Made by a program: the position numbers and the translations under genes. Shown piece after piece: positions 1-11,208 of a stretch of DNA of 64,000 nt. Every line of letters starts with the position of its first letter. The first letter of the stretch is position 1. Source of the DNA: Mobula hypostoma (lineage: Eukaryota); the NCBI RefSeq assembly GCF_963921235.1, contig NC_086106.1:17484001-17548000 (forward strand), in the 5' to 3' direction. The notes under the pieces are model-generated. The model saw nothing but the letters and a program-made list of their open reading frames with translations. It was not told where the DNA came from and did not search any database.

Positions 1-236
1 TCCCACAACCTATGGAGTCAGTTTTAAGGGCTGTTTATCTCACGTACTCAATACTTATTGTTTGTTTATTTGTATTTACACAGTTTATTGTCTATCGCAC
101 ATTGGCTGTTTGTCCGTCCTTTTGCAGTGGGTGCAGTCCTATTGTGTTTCTTGCATTTACCGAGTACAGCCGCAAGAAAACGGTTTGTATCTGGTGATAC
201 GTACGTAGTTTGATAATGAATGTACTTTGCACTTTG
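1..236 (+). mobile_element. 3' end of a Rex1/Babar-like LINE
   Basis: T-rich 3' UTR ending 'tttgataatgaatgtactttgcactttg', matching the LINE tails at ~34785, ~36510 and ~57895. Confidence 0.65.
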
Positions 237-436
237 GTCTAAACCACTGAATGGTTGCGTAGCTCACAAGTTGGACTATCGACCTCGCTATCTACCTCGT
301 TATGACCTTGCACCGCATTGTCTCCCTGTGGCGCAGTTTTCTGCTCTTGTTGCCCTTGCTTCTGTTCCACAGTGCGCTGTGCAATGATTTATAAACTGCA
401 TGCGAGTTAAACCTGCATCGCGGTACACGTAACAAC

Positions 437-900
437 CGATACTGGGTCCTTTGATGTACGACCAGCGCCGGCAACTTGCCCAGCCGACCCATGAATCAAC
501 GGGCCCCGGGTACGCCCCTCGGCCGTCCAATTAATTGGACGACAAACAGAAAGCTGAGCCCGGCCTGTGCTCGGGATTGGTGAAGCGCACTGTCAATCAG
601 GGGCTACGCGCAGGGAGTTCCGAAGCGTCACAGTGAGGGGCGGGCGCGGTGATCACGTGGGGTGTCGATTCGGCCAACGGGCTGCGGCGGCGCCTGCTTC
701 CCGGTTGTGCGGCCCATCTGGTCCGGATTTTCCCACGGATTCCCCCCGCCCCGCGCCCGTCCCCGTTGGCGATTCCCGCCCCGCCGCTGTGTGGGAGCCC
801 GCAGCCGGGGCCTGTCCACCGCGCAGGTTCCGGGGCGGGTGGTTTACACTGGAGCGAGGGGGGTGGGGGCCCGTACACCCGAGCATGCGCACTGCCCTCG
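437..900 (+). promoter_or_regulatory. CpG-rich promoter and non-coding exon 1 of ZNF-A
   Basis: High CpG; inverted CCAAT (ATTGG 576-580), GC box (637-644), E-box CACGTG (654-659), NRF1-like GCATGCGCA (883-891), splice donor CG|GTAAGT at 900/901; homologous modules precede ZNF-B and ZNF-C. Confidence 0.75.
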
Positions 901-1449
901 GTAAGTCTCCTTGCGGTGCGGAGCTCGCTGTCTGGTCACATAGAGCTGTTTGTGGCCCGCTGGGCATTGTGGGAAAAGTGTCCGCCATCCTTTTGTAGCA
1001 GAGCAAGACAATCCATGTCCGGCAGTATTTCTGCTGATTAAACTTTACCTACTTGTCCTGAGTAGTTTGATTTCAAGTCTGTTTAGCGCCTGTATTTACT
1101 CCCACCTCCTTTAATATTCCAGACTATTATGCCTTTGAGCAGAGGACAGATATAAATTTGTCCTCTGCTCAAAGAAAGCTGGGGGAAAAGAAAACTTATA
1201 TGGCTTTGAGACGCGGAACCATATATAACGTGATAGGGGACGCGATCTTCGGCACAGTGGTACAAGTTTTGATTTATTACTGTCACTTCTACTGAAATAT
1301 GTGAAAAAGGTTTTGTGTGTGTGCCATCCAGACAGATCATGCTGTACACGAGGTGTTAAAACAGAATTGTGTATTGCAATTTCAGAGAAAAACTGTAAAA
1401 TTTACTTCCGAGAACCTATAATTGAGAAGCCTTCTGTTTGTCCTTTCAG
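901..1449 (+). other. Intron 1 of ZNF-A (549 bp)
   Basis: GTAAGT donor and 'ttctgtttgtcctttcag|G' acceptor; the last ~90 nt align with the acceptor regions of ZNF-B and ZNF-C. Confidence 0.7.
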
Positions 1450-1617
1450 GTATCACCGACTCTGCTGAGAAAGATTGTTTTGTATGAGATCTCCACAGCA
1501 GCTCGCAGAGCATAAGTGGGGCATCAGAGCAGAGAAAGTTAAGAGCAAACATTCACACCAAGATCCTTCAGAGTGACGTGGGAGTGCCGGGATTTGACTG
1601 ACAGTGGCCACCACACG

Positions 1618-3132
1618 ATGGAAGAATTGCCCAACGACATTCTAGTGGACATACCTGCATCTGAGGAGGATGGAAGTGTGCAAATGACCAGGCCCGCCAG
1701 GGAGGGCCCGTTGCCCTGCACGCTGTGCGGGAAGGTGTTCGCCTACCAGTCCACGCTGCGGCGCCACTGGCTGGCCCACAGTGAGATCCGGCCCTTCATC
1801 TGCGACGTCTGCGGCAAGGCCTACAAGAGCAGCCAGGACCGCTCGCGGCACCGGCGGATCCACACCGGGGAGAGGATCGTCACCTGCCCCGAGTGCGGTA
1901 AGGCCTTCACCCACTTCTCGCACCTGCAGGCCCACCTGCGCACCCACACCGGCGAGCGGCCCTTCTCCTGCCCGGAGTGCGGCAAGGCCTTCGGCCACTC
2001 CTCCCACCTGCAGAGGCACCAGCGCATACACAACTGCGGGCGGCCCTTCTCCTGCTCCAAGTGCGGCAAAGTCTTCACCCACTTCTCGCACCTGCAGGCG
2101 CACCTGCGCATCCACGCCGTCGAGCAGACCTACCCCTGCCCCGAGTGCGGCAAGGCCTTCAGCTACTCCTCGCACCTGCAGGCTCATCTGCGCACCCACA
2201 CCGTTAAGCAGACCTACCCCTGCCCCGAGTGCGGCAAGACCTTCAGCTACTCCTCACACCTGCAGAAGCACCAACGCACCCACAGCTGCCAGCAGCCCTT
2301 CTCCTGCCCCGACTGCGGCAAGACGTTCGGCCGCTCTTCGCACCTGAAGGCCCACCGGCGCACCCACACCTGCGAGCGGCCTTTCTCCTGCCCCGACTGT
2401 GGCAAGGCCTTCGTCCAGTCTGCCCACCTCCTGGAGCACCAGCGGGTTCACACCGGAGAGAAGCCCTTCGTCTGCCCTCTCTGTGGGAAGAGCTTCGCCC
2501 GGTCGTCAGAGCTTCATGCTCACCGGCGGATCCACACGGGGGAGAAGCCCTACATCTGCCCCGACTGCGGGAAGAACTTCAGCACGGCTTCAAACCTAAT
2601 GCAGCACCGGCACGTCCACACCGAGGAGCGGCCCTTCCCCTGCCCCGACTGCGGCAAGGCCTTCAAGAGCCCCGTGCACCTGAAGCAGCACCACGTGATC
2701 CACGCCGGGGAGAGGCCCTTCTCCTGCACCGTCTGCGGCAAGGCCTTCGTCCGGTACTCCAACCTGCAGGCCCACCTGCGGCTGCACGACAGGGAGAAGA
2801 AGCTGCCCTGCCCCGACTGCGACATGGTCTTCCCCCACACCGCGAACCTGCTGGCGCACCGCCACGCCCACGCCGGCAAGCGGCCGTTCGCCTGCCCCGA
2901 GTGTGCCAAGACCTTCGCCTATGCCTCGCACCTGCTGGCGCACTGGCGGGCCCACGCCGGCGAGCGGCCCTTCCCCCGCCCCGAGGGGGGCAAGGCCCTC
3001 ACCCACCCCTCGCAGCTGCCGGCCCCCCAGGTTGTCGACGCGGCGGAGAAGCCCTTCGCCTGCCCTGTCTGCGGCAAGTGCTTCGCCTGGTCGTGGCAGC
3101 TGCAGACCCACCAGCGGACTCACACGGAGTAA
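1618..3132 (+). CDS. Tandem C2H2 zinc-finger protein ZNF-A (504 aa; 16 intact fingers plus 1 degenerate; no recognisable effector domain)
   Basis: CxxC-x12-HxxxH repeats with TGE(R/K)P linkers; ATG 1618 in Kozak context (acgATGG), positionally conserved in the paralogs; in-frame TAA at 1513 upstream; the ORF-track start at 1573 is GTG. Confidence 0.92.
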   Translation: MEELPNDILVDIPASEEDGSVQMTRPAREGPLPCTLCGKVFAYQSTLRRHWLAHSEIRPFICDVCGKAYKSSQDRSRHRRIHTGERIVTCPECGKAFTHFSHLQAHLRTHTGERPFSCPECGKAFGHSSHLQRHQRIHNCGRPFSCSKCGKVFTHFSHLQAHLRIHAVEQTYPCPECGKAFSYSSHLQAHLRTHTVKQTYPCPECGKTFSYSSHLQKHQRTHSCQQPFSCPDCGKTFGRSSHLKAHRRTHTCERPFSCPDCGKAFVQSAHLLEHQRVHTGEKPFVCPLCGKSFARSSELHAHRRIHTGEKPYICPDCGKNFSTASNLMQHRHVHTEERPFPCPDCGKAFKSPVHLKQHHVIHAGERPFSCTVCGKAFVRYSNLQAHLRLHDREKKLPCPDCDMVFPHTANLLAHRHAHAGKRPFACPECAKTFAYASHLLAHWRAHAGERPFPRPEGGKALTHPSQLPAPQVVDAAEKPFACPVCGKCFAWSWQLQTHQRTHTE

Positions 3133-3499
3133 AGCGGCGACACTCGTCCCGACGGGGGGTGGGTCTTCGCTCCGTCCTCCCAACTCTTGGCACAGAGGTG
3201 GACTCACCCAGGTGGGGCGGGAGGACGTGGTATTCATTCGGGCGGCGGGAGTTTCCGTCCCACACCTGGGCGCGTCTGTGTGTGGGTGTGTGTGTGTGTG
3301 TGTGGAGCTTGTGGGCTTCCACCAGCTGATCCGGTTTCCTCCCGCGTTCCGCAAAGGTAAATCAGTTCCGCGAGGGTCTCGGCTGGGGTTAGAGTCTGGG
3401 GCTGGGGGAGATGAAGGGGGTGTGACACCAACTGCAAATTAATTTCTCGAGGCAGCTGTGCATACATGGGCACGTGTGTCCGGCAGCGAACTTTCTGAG

Positions 3500-4110
3500 G
3501 TATCTAATTAGGGTATCAAGGGATAGTGGGGAGAAAGACAGAAACTGGAACTAGATGGGTGAATAGTCTAGCTCATGGTGGAGTGGCAGAACAGACTCGA
3601 TGGGCTGAATGGCCTACTTCTGCTCCTTTGTCTTGTGATAAATCTTGTGATGAGGAGGGTGAGATGGGATTCCATCCGGATATGATTGGTGGTCACAGTA
3701 CAGGCCATTCGGCCCACAGTCACTTCTGGCTATGCCTTGTCCACATTCCTCCGCTCCCTGCCCGTCTAGGGGCAAACTTAACTCCTCTGTTGTATCTACC
3801 ACCATTCAGGCATCTGTTCACAGTGTAAAAATATCTAAAACTAACCCCGCACATCTCCTTTAAACTTGTCCCTTTGCACTTTAACTCTGTCCCCTCTCCT
3901 ATTAGACATTCACACCCTGGGGAAAAAATATCAGCCCTCTGTGACCTTCATAATCTTTTAAGCTTCTGTCAGGTCTGCTCTTGGTTTCTGCCACTCCAGA
4001 AACAGCAACATAATTATCCCCTCATAGCTCAGGCCCCCGAATCCAGGCAGCATCCCGGTGAACCTCTTCCGCACCCTCTCCAAAGTCTCCTCGTCCCTCC
4101 TGGGGTGAGC
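3500..4110. mobile_element. CR1 LINE fragments (a + 3' end, then a - 3' end)
   Basis: CR1 3' UTR motif 'gatgggctgaatggcctacttctgctcct' and antisense RT C-terminal text 'ccaggcagcatcccggtgaacctc'. Confidence 0.7.
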
Positions 4111-4149
4111 GGACCGCAGTCCGAGTTTCGGGATTTGGACTCGATGACA

Positions 4150-4330
4150 ATACATTCCAAGCTGGGGTACTCTGGGGCTCGGAGGGTGGGAGAGGTGTTG
4201 GTTGTGGGAGGCGCCATTGGATTGGCCCAGGACGGTATCTGCGGTGTGTTTTGTAAATGTCAGTTGTGGGACATTGGAGAAATTCTGGGCTGTGTTTTCG
4301 CGTTGTAAATCAGTGTTCTTTCAGATGCCC
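4150..4330 (+). other. Conserved downstream (3' UTR-like) block of ZNF-A
   Basis: Aligns by eye with the reverse complements of 17790-17990 and 39420-39605. Confidence 0.65.
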
Positions 4331-4334
4331 ATTA

Positions 4335-5235
4335 GAACATAAACAGAACACAGCAGAGTACAGCACCGGCCCTTCAACTCTGCTGAAATTTGAACCTACT
4401 CTAAAACCAATCTGAAATTTCCCCCATTGTTTGTTCATCCTTACTGCTATCAAAGAGAATCGTAAGTGTCCCCAACGTATCTGCCTGAACCAACCCTGAC
4501 AGCGTGATTCACGACCCCACCAGTCTTTGTAAAAAGCCCACTCTGACACCCACCCCACGTACTTTCTACAATCATCTTAAAATCATGTCCCCTTGAATTG
4601 CCCATTTCCACGCTGGAACAATGTCCCTAGCTGTCCACTCTGTGCCTTTGACCTCTCATCTTTCTTCATAGAAAACCCTTAGCTCCATCGACCTTTCCTC
4701 ACAGGAGATGCCCTCTAATCCTGACGCAAATCTCTGCACCCTCTCTAAAGCTCCCTCATCCTTTCTGTACTGAGGCGACCAGAACAGAACACAATGCGCC
4801 AAGTCTGGTCCAACCGGAGGTTTATAGAGCCACAATGTTACCGCGCCATCCTGAGCCCAGTTCCCCGACTAGTGAAGGCCATCACACCGCATGGCATCTC
4901 AGCCACCCGATCACCTTGCAGGGTAATCTTGCTGTTTCTATGGGCATAGGCTGCAAGCTCCCTCTGTTCCTCACACTGCTGACAATCTGGCCCTTAACCC
5001 TGTGCCTGCCTCCATGTTCAACCTGTCAAAGTGAGTCACTTCACACTATTCCAGAATGAACTGCAGCTGCCACTTCTTGGCCCAGCTCTGCATCCTGTCA
5101 AAGTCCCGATGTAACCAACAACAGTCTACAGTATCCACAACACCGACCCTTGTATCATCTGCAAACTTACCAACACATTCTTAAACTCTGTCATCCAAGT
5201 CATTTACAAAAATCACAAAGAGCAGGTGTCCCAGA
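4335..5235 (-). mobile_element. Decayed CR1 LINE 3' portion
   Basis: Antisense CR1 motifs 'gaggcgaccagaacagaacacaatg' and 'gtatcatctgcaaactt' (FADDT). Confidence 0.7.
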
Positions 5236-5281
5236 ACAAAATTAATGGTGAGGAAGGTAATTACTGGCAATAGATCCAGGA

Positions 5282-5750
5282 TGAATTTCCCTCCGCACTG
5301 TCCCATCACACATTCCTGGGGTCAGACACAGAGTGAATCTCCCTCCACACCATCCCATCACACACTCCCGGGGTCAGACACACAGTGAAGCTCCCTCCAC
5401 ACCGTCCCATCGCACGCTCCCGGGGTCAGACACAGAGTGAATCTCCCTCCACATCGTCCCATTGCACGCTCCCGGGGTCAGACACACAGTGAAGCTCCCT
5501 CCACACTGTCCCATCACACACTCCCAGGGTCAGACACAGAGTGAATCTCCCCCACACCGTCCCATCACACACTTCCGGGGTCAGACACAGAGTGAATCTC
5601 CCTCCACACCGTCCCATCACACACTCCTGGGGTCAGACACAGAGTGAAGCTCCCTCCACACCATCCCAACACAGTGTCCCGTGGTTAGGCAGAGAGCGAA
5701 GCTCCTTCTACAACAGCCCATCACACGCTCCGCAGGTCAGACATAGAGAG
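5282..5750. repeat. 52-bp minisatellite, ~9 copies
   Basis: Unit GGGGTCAGACACAGAGTGAATCTCCCTCCACACCGTCCCATCACACACTCCC recurring at 5318, 5370, 5422 and onward. Confidence 0.95.
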
Positions 5751-5919
5751 AAGCTCTCTCTACCTGTAGTAATCCAGCTAGTAATATCTTCGTGGAAGAG
5801 TTCCACACAGATCCTCCAAAATCCTCATAGACATGCTCACCACAAATGTATGCCCCCCGTCTATCCAGTCTCCTTATAGCTCAGAGACACAAGTGGTTCT
5901 GTGGGTGCCAGAAATCTTG

Positions 5920-7880
5920 AGCAAATGTGCACAGAGTGCTGGAGGAACTCAGCAGCTCAGCAAGCATCTATGGCAGGAAATAAACAGCCAAAGTTTGAGA
6001 CTGAAACCCTTCATCGGGACTGGAAAGGAAGTGGGCAGTGGTGGGAGAGGGGAGGAGCAGGTTAGAGGAGAGTACAGGTGAGGTGTAGGAGGGTGGGTGG
6101 GTGGGTATGTGGGGGGTGGACGATGGTGAAACTGGTGGTAACAGGTGGACTCTACAGGTCTAGAGAAGAATGAATCTGAGCAGGTAGGACAGTGGAGAAG
6201 AGGGAACCGGACGGAGGTGATGACCAGGTCATCAGGGTGAGTGAGGAGGAGAGAGTGACTGAGAGGGTCACTAGAACAGGAGAATAATATTTAGCTTATA
6301 ACCTTCCCCTACACCTCCTCCCCATTACCACTCAGAACCCCAAACAGTCCTCCCCGGTGAGGTAACGTTTCACTCGCGAGTCTATTGTATCTGGTGGTCC
6401 CAGAGCGGCCTCCCCTGCATCGCTGACACCCAAAGGAGATTGGGGAGCAGTTTCTTCCAACTCTTTCACACTTTCAGCCACAAAAGGCAGGATCAGCCGC
6501 TGTCCAGCCATTTCAATTCAACTTCCCATTTCATACTGACGTGTCTGACCAAGGCCAAGTTCAGCTCGGAGCAGCAACACCCCAAATTCTGTCTGGGTGG
6601 CCTCCAACCTCAAAGTTAAGGACAAATTTAATATCAACGTACAGATATCTCACCACGTAAAACCTTAAGATTCATTAGGAACTCCAATAGTGAAAAAACA
6701 CTACACACAAATAACTAAATAGTTAAATAAATTACACTGGGAGCAGGAGTTCCAGAGTCCTTGGTCGTGGAATTCGTTCAGAATTGATGAGTGAAGTTAT
6801 CCACACTGGTTCAGGAGGCTGATGCTCGAAGGGTAATAACTGTTCCTGAACCCGGTGATGTGGGTCCTGAGGCTCCAGTATCTCGTCCCCAATGGCAGTG
6901 TTGAGAAGGGAGGTATCCTGGGTGGTGGGGGTCCTTACTGGCACGACCAGCACTTCCTCCAGCTTCTGGTAGTTTCTTCCCCTCTCTCATCCTGTCTCCT
7001 CCTCCCTCTCTCCTCTTGTCTCCTTGTCCCCTCTCTCCTTCTGTCTCCTCCTCCTGTCTCCTCTTCCCCTCTCTCGTCCTGTCTCATCGTCCCCTCTCTC
7101 CTCCTGTCTCCTCGTCCCCTCTCTCCTCCTGTCTCCTCATCCCTCTCTCCTCCTGAATCCTCGTCCCCTCTCTCCTCCCGTCTCCTCATCTCCTCTCTCC
7201 ACCCGTCTCCTCATCCCCTCTCGCCTCCCATCTCCTCGTCCCCTCTCTCCACCCGTCTCCTCGTCCCCTCTCTCCTCCTGTCTCCTCGTCCCCTCTCTCC
7301 TCCTGTCTCCTCATCCCTCTCTCCTCCTGAATCCTCGTCCCCTCTCTCCTCCCGTCTCCTCATCTCCTCTCTCCACCCGTCTCCTCATCCCCTCTCGCCT
7401 CCCATCTCCTCGTCCCCTCTCTCCACCCGTCTCCTCGTCCCCTCTCTCCTCCTGTCTCCTCGTCCCCTCTCTCCTCCTGTCTCCTCTTCCCCTCTCTCCT
7501 CCTGTCTCCTCTTCCCCTCTCTCCTCCTGTCTCCTCGTCCCCTCTCGCCTCCTCTTCTCCTGTCTCTTCCATTCCCCATTCCAGCTCCCCTCTTGTCCCT
7601 TCCTCTCTGCTGTCATGATCTGACCATCACCTCCCTCTGGTCCCCTCTTCCTTCCCCTTATTCCTTGGTCCAATGTCTATCCTATTAAAAGGGTAATTAT
7701 TCTCTTGCCATTTACCTCTTCCACCTATCAGATCCAAACTTCTTACAACATCCCCAGTGCCCCAATTCAATTTTCTCCTCACCTGGTCTCCCATATCACC
7801 TTGCAACTCGTGTTCCCCCATCTCTCCCAACATCTAATTCTTCATTACCGATCCTGATGACAGTTCTCAGCTCAGAACTT
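5920..7880. mobile_element. Decayed Penelope-like element: inverted pLTR, GIY-YIG remnant and sense pLTR, interrupted by a LINE fragment (~6620-6960) and a CT-rich expansion
   Basis: Terminus 'gctggaggaactcagcag'; 6300-6615 resembles the GIY-YIG region of the 25754-26005 ORF; degenerate hammerhead cores at ~6000 (-) and ~7855 (+). Confidence 0.65.
6970..7570. repeat. Pyrimidine-rich 25-bp tandem repeat with a 174-bp higher-order duplication
   Basis: Unit ~CCTCGTCCCCTCTCTCCTCCTGTCT; rare variant GAATCC at 7155 and 7329. Confidence 0.9.
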
Positions 7881-9092
7881 GTTGGTGAAGATGTCACCTT
7901 AAGGTCTTGTACAGTTGTACTGCTGCAGAGAAAGGGGGTGGGGGCATGATGGATATTCAGTTTCCTGGGCCTGAGAGTCTTATTACCAACCTCAGCTCTC
8001 TGGCTCAGGGCTATGACCTTTTCAAAGGGTCAGAGTCGTTTGTGAGAAAGTTAAATTTCTAACAAATATTCCTTGCTCAGCTTTTTGTTGTAAGCGAGAA
8101 CCAGTCTTCAGTTCTTAATATAAATTGCAAACGGTAATCAGTTTGAAGTTAAAAGCACAACTTTGCAAACAATAGTTACAGAGTACAGGCTGCTCCCCCA
8201 GGGTGGGGAAAGGGGTTTGGGAGGGTGGGGGATACAGGGGTTTCCAGCTGCTGAGAGGTGTGGTTTGCAAAGTAAAGTAACCAGGAGCCTTCCTGTCTGC
8301 AGCAGCCAAATGCAAGACCATGGGGTTGTGTCACTGAGCACATCAGACATGCTTCCAGGCTGGGATATTTGTGTGCTGGCAGGGTCAGCCCTCACAGCAT
8401 TAATTGTGGATGCTTCAGGGGAATCTCTGTCACCAGAAGCTTTAGGACCATCTGTGTGAATTACTTTGTCCCAGCAAAGGTTTCTGGAGAACATCACACT
8501 CAGATGGTGTCACCAAGTAGAAAATGGTACAAATATCAGAAAGCATTGGCGATTGTTCGGAACGACACGGAGATTGACAGGTAAACTGATGTGACAGAAA
8601 GAACTAAAACTCTCCTCAGCCGTTGGTCTCTGCGACGGACGACTCGTTCGTCTACAACTCCTTGGTATGTTCTTTTAATTCGTAAGGATTGTACTTGTGT
8701 TTGGAAATTGGCTGTAGTTTGTAAATCTTTTGTAATTCAGAGATCTTTTATAAGTCAGAAATCCTCTGTAAGTGTTAAAAATGCGTGTTAAGGCCAATTT
8801 GTATAAATTTAAACGTGAATCATTAAAAATAGAATAAAGTCTGTTTAAACCACTTTGCTAGCTGGAAGTATCTGATCCTCAGTGGGGAGGGAAGGGGGGA
8901 CGCACCATTCGAGTGGGTGGTACAGGCAGCTGGACCTCGCGGCAGACACCAGACAGGGTGCTCGTGTTTGTTGACACAGTGTAATCTCCGGCGGGTAAAG
9001 GGGGGTAATCTTTATCAGATAGGCTGAACATCTTCTATTGAGTTTATGGTTTTGTGGACAGGGAACACAAAACTAACATGGGTGGGGGGGGA

Positions 9093-9325
9093 TGTTCACA
9101 CGACATCGCCATCTTCCAGATCAGCACTTTTGGGTGGGCGTACATCAGGTGTTTGTTTTTAATCCAAGTTACACTACCACCACTTGTACAGTGCACGTAT
9201 CCCCCGCCGCTCAGACAAACATCATCACAGCCACGCGGTTTCCAATAAGCATCGCTTACCAGGAAAGTGTGAACTCAACGTAACCGATGCCCCGTTTTTA
9301 CAATAAAGAACACAATTCGTTAACA
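9093..9325 (+). mobile_element. Short 3' LTR preceded by a polypurine tract
   Basis: G-rich tract at 9080-9092 directly before TGTTCAC; ends GTTAACA (imperfect inverted termini); AATAAA at 9302. Confidence 0.6.
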
Positions 9326-9759
9326 AAAAGCTGGGTCCACTGCGATCACGCCGTTGCTGAACTGAGGTGGCGGTGAGGGCTTTGTCAATCGGCTGAGGAG
9401 CTGATTGAAGAGAAGTAGTGGTTTCTGAATTTCAGTGGTGAGGCATCGCAGGCCTCTGCACCTCCTACCCACCGGCAGCCGTGAAAAGACAGCACGGCCC
9501 AGCCGGTGGGAACTGAGATCTCCCTTCCGGAGAGGAGAGGGTGGTCGAGTTAAATGCCCCGGAGGGAGACGACGCCAGCGAAGGGGGATGTGATGGAGAT
9601 GACTGGTTCAGCAATCTGATGCCTAAGAACGTGAACACGCTACAGGCTTTCTTCATCCCAGTCAGAATGGGGTTCATTTTCACTGACGTAGGTCATGAGA
9701 TTTCAGGTGTTGGTCAGCAGGACACTGCAAATCAGAAACATTACTGTAAGTTCTAAGGA

Positions 9760-10695
9760 AACAAAGGAATAGTGGAAAAGAGGGTTTTTTCTCTGCCATT
9801 TTCCTGCCTCCTCCCTGTAACTTTTCACGCCCTGACTTAGAAAGAATCTGTCAATCTCTGCTCTAAATACACTCAACGGCCTGGCCTCCACAGCTGCCTG
9901 TGGCAACAAATTCCCCATATTCACCAATCTCCGGCTAAGGAAATTCCTCCGAACCTCCATTCCTCCCACAATTCTGAGGTTGCGCCCTCTGGTCCTAGAC
10001 TTCCGCACTTAGGAAACATCCTCTCCACGTCCAGTTCAACTAGCCCTTTCAATTTTCAATTGGTTTCAATGATATACCCCTTCATTCTTCTAAATTCCTG
10101 CAGGTACAGCCATCAAATGCTTCTTGTATGATAAGCTTTGCAAAACTGGAATCATATTCATGAACCTCCTTTTCACCTTATCCAATGTCAGCACATCCTT
10201 TCTTAGATAAGGGGCCCAAAACTCCAAAGTGAAGCCTCACCATTGCCCTGTAAAGATGAAGCCATACATCTTTACTTTTATATTCTCATCCTCTTGAAAT
10301 AAAATGCTAACAATGGGACATTTGATAGAAGTATATAAAATTATGATGGGTATAGATGGAGTGAATGCAAGCAGGCTTTTTCCACTGAGGCAAGGGGAGA
10401 AAAAAAACCAGAGGACATGGGCTAAAGGTGAGGGGGGAAAAGTTTAAAGGGAACATTAGTGGGGGCTTCTTCACACAGAGAGTGGTGGGAGCGTGGAATG
10501 AGCTCCCACCACTGAAGTTATAAATGTGGGCTCACTGTTAACATTTAAGAATAAATTGGACAGGTACATGGATGGCAGGTGTATGGAGGGATATGGTCCG
10601 TGTGCAGGTCAGTGGGACTAGGCAGAAAAATGGTTCGGCACAGCCAAGATGGGCCAAAAGGCCTGTTTCTGTGCTGCAATGTTCTATGGTTCTAG
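9760..10695. mobile_element. Two CR1 3' ends (- at ~9760-10310, + at ~10315-10695)
   Basis: VRRNFLSRRLVNMGNLLP motif on -; tail 'gatgggccaaaaggcctgtttctgtgctg...ttctatggttcta' on +. Confidence 0.8.
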
Positions 10696-11208
10696 GAATA
10701 GTGAGGTGGTGTCCATGAGTTAATGGACCGTTCAGGAATCTGATCTGAGGCTGGTCATGAGAAGAGGTCACGTCCCAGAGGTGGACGCTGTTTTCTTGAG
10801 GGTGCCCCTGACCTCTGGGGGGTGGGGGAAGATTGTGCCCGTGACAGTGCTCTCTGGGTGTACAGCCTCCTGCGATCCTGGGCATTGGAGCCCCCAGAGC
10901 AACCAGTCAGAATGCTCTCCGCCCCACAATGTCGGTATGGAGGGACCAGGGGAGGCGGCTGGTGACAAGAATGCCGAGGAACGTCTCCACAGCAGCTTCA
11001 CTGATGAAGGCCAGTTTGTGTTCCAGCTTCTTCCTTCCTGGTTTTGAAACCCAGCTCTCCCTCTCTTTCCTCTTGCTGAATTTACAGGTCAGGTTGATGT
11101 TCCGACGCCCTGACTAAAACAAGCTGCTGACTCTAAGTATGCTTTTCCTTTTAAGAAATCGCGTGCAACATATCGATGCAGCTACTAGGAAGGCAAGACA
11201 GCCACTAT

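Noticed and set aside
567-1041. Multiple overlapping 60-143-aa ORFs in the CpG islands (also ~22600-23000 and ~53670-54030)
   Set aside because: GC-rich stop-poor sequence; frames are not conserved among the paralogous modules
6855-7688. 277-aa Ser/Pro/Leu-rich ORF and antisense Glu/Arg/Gly-rich ORFs
   Set aside because: Translations of a pyrimidine tandem repeat
9330-9400. Possible seventh promoter-module copy (CTGGGTCC...TGTCAATC)
   Set aside because: Only two short words match and the spacing is not colinear
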